A stretch of DNA of 64,000 nt from a virus (Duplodnaviria > Caudoviricetes): IMG/VR virus record IMGVR_UViG_2799112420_000002, positions 1,598-65,597 of that record. The stretch is one strand, 5' to 3'. This document shows, piece by piece, positions 25,258 through 32,858 of the stretch (its first letter is position 1; every line of letters begins with the position of its first letter). The position numbers were made by a program, and so were the translations under genes. A model generated the notes under the pieces. That model saw only the letters and a list, made by a program, of their open reading frames with translations. It was not told the DNA's origin and did no database searches.

Positions 25258-25496
25258 TCAGCATGGCGACTTATTCCCAGTTCTACGATGCCGTCAGGGA
25301 GAACGTCAAGCAGCGCGTTGCTCGTTTTGGCGAGCCGGAAGCGGTGGTGGATGAATTTCTGAAAGCAGAGGAAGAACAGATCAAAGGCGAATACCGTCAT
25401 TACACAGAAGACGAAGTTCCGGATGGAATGACACCGGAAGCGTTTCTGAAATCCTGCATCGAGAGCATATCCTACTGCCTCGAGATGTGTTTCTGA
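25254..25496 (+). CDS. Small acidic protein, putative immunity partner of the portal C-terminal domain
   Basis: 80 aa, overlaps the portal stop codon, followed by a terminator. Confidence 0.55.
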   Translation: MISMATYSQFYDAVRENVKQRVARFGEPEAVVDEFLKAEEEQIKGEYRHYTEDEVPDGMTPEAFLKSCIESISYCLEMCF

Positions 25497-25515
25497 TACC
25501 AAAACAACAACCGAG

Positions 25516-25546
25516 AAGCTCGACAGTTCGCTGCCGGGCTTTTCTT
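25516..25546 (+). terminator. Rho-independent terminator
   Basis: AAGCTCGACAG-ttcg-CTGCCGGGCTT followed by TTCTT. Confidence 0.65.
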
Positions 25547-25559
25547 ATACCTTAAAACA

Positions 25560-25775
25560 GCCCCAGCCAGATCCGGGTGTTCTTCTTCCTCCGGCACCTG
25601 TGAAATGGTGCGTCAGCGGGGAGGCTGGGGCCTGGTAAGCCTGAAGCCCGCCCAGTTGCCTGTCTGGGCCTTTATGTGGTGCGCAACGGAAATTGTCGAC
25701 AGCGACTTTCTTCATGTTTCAGATACCTCCTGATCATATATGCGCTTAAATGGGCACGAATTCCTGTGCCAGCCA
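25560..25775 (+). ncRNA. Candidate structured non-coding element upstream of muF
   Basis: Nested stems GCCCCAGCC/GGCTGGGGC (25560-25631), GCACC/GGTGC, GCCCAG/CTGGGC and GGCAC/GTGCC; no convincing ORF. Confidence 0.35.
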
Positions 25776-25796
25776 CATTTCAAAGGGAGTGATCGG

Positions 25797-26633
25797 ATGC
25801 CGAGCGTCAGCAAGCACGAAGAGCGAAGGTTCTGGAAGGACCTGTGCAAGCTCTTCAACGGTCTGTTGGATGCCGTAAAAGAAAGAGGGTCCTCCGCGCT
25901 GACGGAAGATGGCCCGGAATTCAGGCAGCTCATGCAATCAGATCGAATGAGCCAGTTCCTCAACAGAATCGTCGGAAGAATGGTACGGACGCAGCGGAAA
26001 GTGAGCGCCAACTCCTGGAGAGAGGCAGCATCAAAATCCACAAACGGACAGGAGCTTTTTAATCTGATCTCCGGAGAGATGAATGGTCCAGTCGGAGCAC
26101 GTGTGCAGCAGCTCATTGCCGAAAATGCCGCGTTTATCAAAACGCTGCCGGAGCAGTGGGCGAAATACGTCACACAGTATGCTTCCCGGGAGGCGCTGAA
26201 GGGCAAACGGCCGGAAGCGGTCGAAGCGGAGCTCAGGAAGATCATACCGGAGCACATGGCGAAAAACCTGAAATGCATCGCCAGAACGGAATGCGCAAAG
26301 GCGAATGCGGCCATTGTACAGGCGAGAGCGGAAAACTGCGGAATCCGGGCGTACATCTGGCGCTGCGTGAAGGATGAACGATCCAGAGACTCACACAGGG
26401 GAATGGACGGGATTCTGGTCTTCTATGATGATCCACCAAATCCGGAAGCATTATTCGGTGGAGAAAAGCCATACGGGAGCTATCATGCGGGGAACACGTT
26501 CAACTGCAGATGCTACCAGGAGCCAGTAATAGACATTTCATATCTTCCGGACGTCCTGTTGGTTCATGACCACGGAGCGATCCGGAGGATGACAAAGGGC
26601 CAAATTATGAAAGGATTCGGGAAAATAGCGTAA
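25797..26633 (+). CDS. MuF / SPP1 gp7-like minor head protein, short form without a toxin domain
   Basis: IARTE.AKAN, YIWRCVKDERSRDSH, HAGNTFNCRC motifs. Confidence 0.9.
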   Translation: MPSVSKHEERRFWKDLCKLFNGLLDAVKERGSSALTEDGPEFRQLMQSDRMSQFLNRIVGRMVRTQRKVSANSWREAASKSTNGQELFNLISGEMNGPVGARVQQLIAENAAFIKTLPEQWAKYVTQYASREALKGKRPEAVEAELRKIIPEHMAKNLKCIARTECAKANAAIVQARAENCGIRAYIWRCVKDERSRDSHRGMDGILVFYDDPPNPEALFGGEKPYGSYHAGNTFNCRCYQEPVIDISYLPDVLLVHDHGAIRRMTKGQIMKGFGKIA

Positions 26634-26645
26634 GGGGGTGGCCGG

Positions 26646-28286
26646 ATGAGCGCAGGGAAAGTATTTCGCGGGATCATGAAACTCCTGGGGAAAGATGAGG
26701 CTCTCCGGCTGGCGAATCGTATCCTGAATCTTGATGGAGGTCCTGGATCTGGAAACTTTGGACATAAAGGAAGACCGGGGAAGGTCGGCGGCAGTGGAGA
26801 AGGCGGTGGATCCGCGTTCAGAACACAGAGCGCTTCCGGAGCCTATATCGGTATTCAGAAAGCTGCAGCCTTCCAGGGAATTAAGAAGATCGCGCAAAAG
26901 TCGAAGAATGCAAAAGATTTCATCGACAGTCTTGATAAGAAACAGCGTGACATGGTCGCAGCGCAGCACAGGCAGTCCGGGACGAAGGAACGAATCATGG
27001 ACTATGTGGAGCGCATGCGGCAGCTGATGTGCTCTCAGAAACCAGAAAAGACGGTTCCGTTTAAGATGGTTGAAGGGAAGGACATCTCAGAAACGGCCGA
27101 ATGGGACGGGAAGACCTACACGGAGCCGAAATTCGGACAGGTGATCGATACCGAGATCGAACACGCGATTGTCCAGCAGGGCTTTAATGGACCGCCGAAG
27201 GTTGTTTCCCAGGAAGAGATCCTGGACATCATCGAAAAACATCCGGAAATGCCGGTTCTGTTTCGGTCCTATGCGGCCCTGGGGGATGAAGCGGTTCAGG
27301 CGTTTGACGATATGCTGGAAAACGGCGAATGGTACGTAGACTGCTCGAATGGCGGTGCGCAATACGGGCAAGGCATGTACTGCGCTGGCGTATACGGGAG
27401 CTCCGATTACAGCGGAGCGCTTGAGGAAATGCGGCATTACAGGCATGTTTCAATGAAAAACGCGAGAGCCAGATGGTGCCCGCAGCTGGCAGATGATGAG
27501 GATCGGATAAATGTGGACGGAAAAGCGGTTGTATTCCGTCAGGCCGACATGAAGAAAACTGAGGAAGCAAAACCTCCGGAGGCTGCTGAAGTTGTTGCGA
27601 TGGTAAAATCATCGTGGACAACGGAAACGGTGAAGGGATATTTCCTGCCGATGGATCCGGAAGACCCGGACAGCCCTTTGGAATTCACATACTACAGCGA
27701 CGATGAAGGCCACAACACCATTCCAGCAGACAAGGTTCCATACTGGGGACCGATCAGCCGGACAGAAACGCCTCCTGCAGCGTCCGCTTCTACGCGCATG
27801 ATGACACTGGATCCCAGCTCGAAGATCATTGCCTACAAAGATTTGCTTGAAATCAGGAGAAAGTCGGAAAACATCATCAGAGAAAACAAGAGAAGAGAAG
27901 CAGAAGAGGCAGATCAGTTCTTTGGCAAAGAGCTTACAGATGATGCTACATGCGAGCGGATACTGTACAGGACAATGATGGGAAGGGGAACGGGAGATCT
28001 GAGCCCTGAAGCAATAAAAAAGGTCCTCGCATGGAAGGAAAGCCACAAGGATCGGTTGGAAGAAATAAAAAAATTCGCAGAGCTGCAAGCTGAAAAAACT
28101 GACAAGGCCCGCGAAGAAGCGAAAAAATACGAAAGGTTCAGCAACATGGATCCAGGTGTGCTTGCGACGTATCTCGGATATGACGCGATCAACGCGGAAG
28201 GCCATGGATCAACGAACAGCTACACGGTCGTTCTGAACAGGACAAAGCTGATTCTCAGCCAATCCAGACTGGACGTAGCGTCTTAA
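26646..28286 (+). CDS. Putative head-cargo protein with an ADP-ribosyltransferase-like domain
   Basis: 29-aa leader, then DGGPGSGNFGHKGRPGKVGGSG; LFRSY...YGQGMY...GYDAI...YTVVLNRT pattern. The ART assignment is inference. Confidence 0.6.
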   Translation: MSAGKVFRGIMKLLGKDEALRLANRILNLDGGPGSGNFGHKGRPGKVGGSGEGGGSAFRTQSASGAYIGIQKAAAFQGIKKIAQKSKNAKDFIDSLDKKQRDMVAAQHRQSGTKERIMDYVERMRQLMCSQKPEKTVPFKMVEGKDISETAEWDGKTYTEPKFGQVIDTEIEHAIVQQGFNGPPKVVSQEEILDIIEKHPEMPVLFRSYAALGDEAVQAFDDMLENGEWYVDCSNGGAQYGQGMYCAGVYGSSDYSGALEEMRHYRHVSMKNARARWCPQLADDEDRINVDGKAVVFRQADMKKTEEAKPPEAAEVVAMVKSSWTTETVKGYFLPMDPEDPDSPLEFTYYSDDEGHNTIPADKVPYWGPISRTETPPAASASTRMMTLDPSSKIIAYKDLLEIRRKSENIIRENKRREAEEADQFFGKELTDDATCERILYRTMMGRGTGDLSPEAIKKVLAWKESHKDRLEEIKKFAELQAEKTDKAREEAKKYERFSNMDPGVLATYLGYDAINAEGHGSTNSYTVVLNRTKLILSQSRLDVAS

Positions 28287-28302
28287 GAAAGAAGGTGGAC
28301 AG

Positions 28303-30360
28303 ATGAAATTCAGCAGGAACCCTGAATCCGGCCAGCTGGAGATCTATACGGATGAAGGCGTTTACCTGGGAGTCATGTCCACCATGGGTGATGACATCGG
28401 AGAAAGATCCGCAGAGGACGGAGGCCCGGGCTCCGGCAATTATGGTCACAAAGGCCGTCCCGGGAAAGTTGGAGGATCCGGCCCTGGCGGCGGGAAGCAG
28501 TACCGAGGCGGCAGATCTGACATTGGCTATTATAACAGTCGGAAAGACTGGCTGAACGGGCTGCAGGGAGAACGGCAGCATGAAGCGGTCCGGAAAATTG
28601 CGAACGCGAAGAAGGATTATGAGGCGAAGCTTGCTGCAAAGCAGAAGATCGAACAGCTTCGCAATCGAGGATTCCTCACACACGCGGAAGCAGAAGAGAG
28701 GATCAAAGAAGGGAAGCTCGAAAAAGTCAGGGAAGGGATGACCCCGGAAGAGTACATTCTGACAGCTGGAAACCGCAGCGACCGCCAGGATATGCTGAGT
28801 ATGATGAAGGAGGCAAGGACCTGGGACGAAACCAAACAGCGACTGGTCAACGAGAACCTTTCCGACGATGAAAAGAAGATCTATCAGGCTATCAGGGAAG
28901 CGGATCTGGAAAAAGTTGACGTTCCGACCGGTGCAAGGGTTATGGACGTCATGACGCTGCTTGAGGCGAAGGCCATGGGTATTATAGAATCCGAAATTGA
29001 TGTGCCGGATGATATCCAGTATATCATCGGAACAAAAGAAGCCCCAGCGCCTCCGAAACCGAAAATCCCGCAGAATTCAGACGAAAACAACGCCTGGCTG
29101 GAAGGACAGCCGCAGGAAAAACAGGATTACATTCTTGGCATCGTCAGAGGCCTTGGGATCAACCCACAGGCTTTTGGCGGCGATATTGCCATGAATTACG
29201 CTGAAAAGCGGATGATGATGGACGTCTGGAACGGAAACGAAAAAGCAATATGGGAATGCAGACGTTATCTCGATGCGAAAGATGGAATGCTCGGAACGAA
29301 CTTCTTTAAGCAGTGCCAGGAAGCCGCGGATCCGAACAGCGCATCAAACATCGGAAACCTCGGAGACAAGCCTTCGATTATTATGAGTATGTTCCTGGAA
29401 TCTCTCGCAGACGAACAGCGGGAAGACAACCCGGCAACCTACGTTTCTTCGCATGGAGACATCCTGGAGTCCGGATTCCTGCATGATAAAGACGTCCCAA
29501 AGTCGGCAAAAGCCGCTTATCTGCAGCTGAAGGCCATTGCGCTTGGACAAGAGACGTATGCGGTCCGTCCGGATGATGTAGCCAAAGAGCTGCATAAGTA
29601 CATGAACGAGCGGAAGCGGATCCGTCAGGAGGAAAAAGAATTCGGTCCGAAGCGAAAAGCCTTCAAACAGGATCGCGAGAAGCGCCAGAAGGAATACTCA
29701 AACGCAAAGAACGCCACAGAGGTCGGAGACGCGATGCGGAAGAGCGGCATGTTCAGAAATGGCGCGAAAACTGAGCTGAAAAAAGTAAGCCTGGAATGCG
29801 CGAAGGAAGTCGCTACCGCGTACGAAAACGTCATGGATAAATACCCGTTCCTGATCGGCCAGCTGAACGGAATTGATGAAGGGGAAACAGCCAACAGCTC
29901 AACATACGCCTCCTGCAACATGACTTTCGGCGGGAAGGTATCTCTGAACGCTCATGACAGGTATTTCGGAAACCTGAACAGTTTGCTGTCAACCTACAGC
30001 GAAGACGTGAGGACAGGATATCATCCGGCCGGAACAAACGGAACTTCCGTTATTACGCATGAAATCGGACACGCGCTGGACGGCTATCTGTCTCAGCGAG
30101 GCGTAAATGGTGCCAGACTCCTCAGCACAGACGCAAATGCTTTCTCTGGTATTTTAAGGCGAAGCGTGTTAAAATCATTGAAGATGACAAAAGCATCCGT
30201 AAGAACAGAACTCAGCCGATACGCGGAAAAGAACGCATACGAGTGGTTCGCAGAGTGTTTCGCGGAAGCCATGACATCGGAAAATCCGAGGCCTATGGCC
30301 AAGGAAATGATGCGTCAGCTGGACGAGATTCTGAAGAAGGAGGGGCTGATCAGTGCCTGA
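28303..30360 (+). CDS. Putative head-cargo protein with a C-terminal zincin metallopeptidase domain
   Basis: 38-aa leader, then DGGPGSGNYGHKGRPGKVGGSG; HEIGH ... SRYA..N.YEWFAECF. Confidence 0.75.
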   Translation: MKFSRNPESGQLEIYTDEGVYLGVMSTMGDDIGERSAEDGGPGSGNYGHKGRPGKVGGSGPGGGKQYRGGRSDIGYYNSRKDWLNGLQGERQHEAVRKIANAKKDYEAKLAAKQKIEQLRNRGFLTHAEAEERIKEGKLEKVREGMTPEEYILTAGNRSDRQDMLSMMKEARTWDETKQRLVNENLSDDEKKIYQAIREADLEKVDVPTGARVMDVMTLLEAKAMGIIESEIDVPDDIQYIIGTKEAPAPPKPKIPQNSDENNAWLEGQPQEKQDYILGIVRGLGINPQAFGGDIAMNYAEKRMMMDVWNGNEKAIWECRRYLDAKDGMLGTNFFKQCQEAADPNSASNIGNLGDKPSIIMSMFLESLADEQREDNPATYVSSHGDILESGFLHDKDVPKSAKAAYLQLKAIALGQETYAVRPDDVAKELHKYMNERKRIRQEEKEFGPKRKAFKQDREKRQKEYSNAKNATEVGDAMRKSGMFRNGAKTELKKVSLECAKEVATAYENVMDKYPFLIGQLNGIDEGETANSSTYASCNMTFGGKVSLNAHDRYFGNLNSLLSTYSEDVRTGYHPAGTNGTSVITHEIGHALDGYLSQRGVNGARLLSTDANAFSGILRRSVLKSLKMTKASVRTELSRYAEKNAYEWFAECFAEAMTSENPRPMAKEMMRQLDEILKKEGLISA

Positions 30361-30571
30361 TTACTACAAACAGTATTGTGATTGGATTGACTGGTCCGTG
30401 TACGACGGGCTCTCTCCTGAAGAGTCTGACGAGCTGGAAGCGGAGCATGTGGAAAAGTATGGACTGAATCACGTTCTCAGGCCAGACGCGCCGAAAGAGG
30501 CCGTAGAAGCTTGGGAAATGGATGCAATTCAGACGCGCAAGGCCAGACAGGCCGGTGAAATCATCAACTGA
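30353..30571 (+). CDS. Small acidic protein, putative immunity protein
   Basis: 72 aa, overlaps the peptidase stop codon; LRPDAPKEAVEAWE; followed by a terminator. Confidence 0.55.
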   Translation: MPDYYKQYCDWIDWSVYDGLSPEESDELEAEHVEKYGLNHVLRPDAPKEAVEAWEMDAIQTRKARQAGEIIN

Positions 30572-30584
30572 TAACGGATAATAC

Positions 30585-30620
30585 ATAAAAGCCCGACACG
30601 CTGCAGTGCCGGGCTTTTAT
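30585..30620 (+). terminator. Rho-independent terminator (possibly bidirectional)
   Basis: ATAAAAGCCCGACAC/GTGCCGGGCTTTTAT. Confidence 0.7.
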
Positions 30621-30644
30621 CATGCCCAAAGGAGGGGTGAAGCA

Positions 30645-32264
30645 TTGAGCGATAAATACATCAGAATGCTACGAAAACTTGCTTTAGACCGAAGTCTGAA
30701 TTCCGGAACAGCGGAAAAGCTCCTGAAAATGCACACGCGGGACGCAGAATTCGTTGAGAGCGAGCACCCGCGCGGAAAAGGCGGGAAGTTCGTCAAGAAA
30801 GGATCCGGATCATATTCTGGAGGCGGGAGCTCTTCCGGGAAATCCGAGGGAGGTCAAATAGGGTATAAACCTTTTAGTTTTGGCCAGAAGAAGCAAGAAC
30901 TCAAAGTGAATAAACGTCCGGAAGAAAAGGAAGAGCGGAAGTGGTACGATCCGGAGGCTCAGTGGGAGCGGCATAAACAGGCAGAGAAGGTTCAGGTTGT
31001 CGATCCGCAGGGGAATCCGGTCAATTGGAACCCGAGCACAGAATATAACCGGGGCCCTGTCGGTAGTACTACAAGCGGAAAATGGTCATTGACAGGGAAG
31101 AAAACGCCCGAGGAGCTGGAGGAACTGAACAGGGTCGCAAAGGAACAAGGATTTGCGAACTATGAGCACATGCGTCTGTGCGCAAAAGGGCTTGCGAATC
31201 CGAGGGACAAGTATCCCAGGCTTCCGGACAGCGATGGCGTAGTAAGCGCGGTCCGAGCGCAGAAAATCACCAAAGCCGGTGACAAGTCCATGCAGCATAA
31301 GGTTTCGGAGATGGATTCCGGCAAACGGTTTGCACCAAAACCCGGAGAGATGCGCGAAGGAAATAAGTTTGCTGAAGGATCCGCTTTCAACAATCCAAAG
31401 ACCGGCAGACCGTCCAAAGAGCTGACCAAAGGCACCGGAGCAACGAAGCTCAGTGTTGATGACCTTTATAAAGAGAAAAGACCGAAAGACAGACATACGA
31501 TCAATCAGTACCTGGATGACAATGGAAACCTGACGCCAGAACGAGAAGAACTTCACGCCCAGTCGGTTGAGAATATCTTTGCTGGTAAAAAACCGAAAGG
31601 TCCTGGTGAAAAGAAAACATTCACCATGTTTGGAGGCGGGTCCGCTGCCGGGAAAGGCGGTTTGAGCGATCCGAAAAGGTGCAAAAACTTCCAGAGCAGC
31701 TTCTTTGCGAGCGGTACGCCAGACAAGGATAAAACAGCGACAATCGATCCGGACGAACTGAAGAAGGATATTCCGGAGTATCGGGAGATGCAGGAGACAG
31801 ATCCGGATCATGCGGCCGCTGTTGCTCATGAAGAAAGCTCTGCGCTTGCTAAGCGTGCTATGCAAGCTGCTTTTGACAACGGATATGACTGCACGCTGGA
31901 TGGAACCGGAGACGGGTCTGTTGAAAGTGTAAAAAAGAAGATTCAACAGGCCAGAGATGCTGGATACGAGGTTAACGCATGTTACGTGACCTGTCCGACA
32001 GAAATGGCCGTGGAGCGGTCCATAGAGCGTGGGAAAAGGACAAAGCGCAACGTTCCACTGGAAGCTGTTCGGAGTATTCACAGCAAGGTTTCTCATATCT
32101 TCCCGAAGGTTGCCAGCGAGTTTGATCATGTGGCACTGTTCGACACTTCCAAAGATGGAAAGCCAGTGCTGATTGCAGAATGTCAGCGCGGTGGAGAGAT
32201 CGACATTAAAAACCAGGAGCTTTGGGACGCATTCATCGCCAAAGATCATGAAACGGATGATTGA
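30645..32264 (+). CDS. Putative head-cargo protein with a C-terminal zeta-toxin-like P-loop kinase
   Basis: TTG start after GGAGGGG; 32-aa leader, then DAEFVESEHPRGKGGKF; GGGSAAGK, IDPDELK, HEES, TLDGT. Confidence 0.8.
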   Translation: MSDKYIRMLRKLALDRSLNSGTAEKLLKMHTRDAEFVESEHPRGKGGKFVKKGSGSYSGGGSSSGKSEGGQIGYKPFSFGQKKQELKVNKRPEEKEERKWYDPEAQWERHKQAEKVQVVDPQGNPVNWNPSTEYNRGPVGSTTSGKWSLTGKKTPEELEELNRVAKEQGFANYEHMRLCAKGLANPRDKYPRLPDSDGVVSAVRAQKITKAGDKSMQHKVSEMDSGKRFAPKPGEMREGNKFAEGSAFNNPKTGRPSKELTKGTGATKLSVDDLYKEKRPKDRHTINQYLDDNGNLTPEREELHAQSVENIFAGKKPKGPGEKKTFTMFGGGSAAGKGGLSDPKRCKNFQSSFFASGTPDKDKTATIDPDELKKDIPEYREMQETDPDHAAAVAHEESSALAKRAMQAAFDNGYDCTLDGTGDGSVESVKKKIQQARDAGYEVNACYVTCPTEMAVERSIERGKRTKRNVPLEAVRSIHSKVSHIFPKVASEFDHVALFDTSKDGKPVLIAECQRGGEIDIKNQELWDAFIAKDHETDD

Positions 32265-32289
32265 CATTAGTCCGTTAACGGTATATAAT
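32261..32289 (+). promoter_or_regulatory. Consensus sigma-A promoter overlapping the zeta stop codon
   Basis: TTGACA, 17-bp spacer, TATAAT; spacer TTAGTCCGTTAACGGTA. Confidence 0.85.
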
Positions 32290-32311
32290 TAAAGCGGAGG
32301 AGGTGGGCAAG

Positions 32312-32491
32312 ATGCTGAATGAACACGATATGGTTTCGCTGGTGCAGTGCGCAGCGGACCGAGATGAAGAATCCGCGAAGAATTTCGGTCCGGAAGGCGT
32401 AAAATTCTACAATGAACTTGTCAAACAGATGGAAGAGGACAAGAAAAACGGTGTAAAATGCACATACTCGATTCCGTCAAGTTTAGACTAA
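32312..32491 (+). CDS. Small protein, putative antitoxin/immunity for the zeta-like kinase
   Basis: Own promoter, GGAGGAGG RBS and terminator; 59 aa. Confidence 0.6.
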   Translation: MLNEHDMVSLVQCAADRDEESAKNFGPEGVKFYNELVKQMEEDKKNGVKCTYSIPSSLD

Positions 32492-32508
32492 CCGAATAAT
32501 ACGCTTCT

Positions 32509-32541
32509 AAGCGTCCTGGAAAAAACCAGGGCGCTTTTCTT
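32509..32541 (+). terminator. Rho-independent terminator
   Basis: AAGCGTCCTGG-aaaaaa-CCAGGGCGCTT followed by TTCTT. Confidence 0.75.
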
Positions 32542-32569
32542 ATGCAAAAAAACGAAAGGAGAATGCAAG

Positions 32570-32842
32570 ATGGCTTCCGTTGATACTACTGCTGCAATCA
32601 ATAAACTGACTGAAGAAATCAAAAAAATGGCAAAGGCTCAGGGGGCTGGTTTTCCGGAGCCCAAGGCCACCGATCAGGGGAAGGTCCTGATGGTAGACGA
32701 GGAAGGCAACTGGATCCTGGCCGCAATCCCCTCCCAGCTGCCCGCGGTCGAGGCGACGGATGAAGGCAAGGTCCTCATGGTGGACAGCACCGGCGCGTGG
32801 GTGGCTGATGATCTGCCGAGCGACGATACTCCTGGCACGTAA
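32570..32842 (+). CDS. Small protein with two ATD.GKVLMVD..G.W repeats (fibre/decoration-like)
   Basis: Internal duplication of about 24 aa. Confidence 0.55.
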   Translation: MASVDTTAAINKLTEEIKKMAKAQGAGFPEPKATDQGKVLMVDEEGNWILAAIPSQLPAVEATDEGKVLMVDSTGAWVADDLPSDDTPGT

Positions 32843-32858
32843 TGCGAGGTGAAGAACC

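Noticed and set aside
25740-25780. tRNA-like 3' end (hairpin followed by CCA)
   Set aside because: No TTCRA T-loop or cloverleaf; kept only as part of the unassigned structured region.
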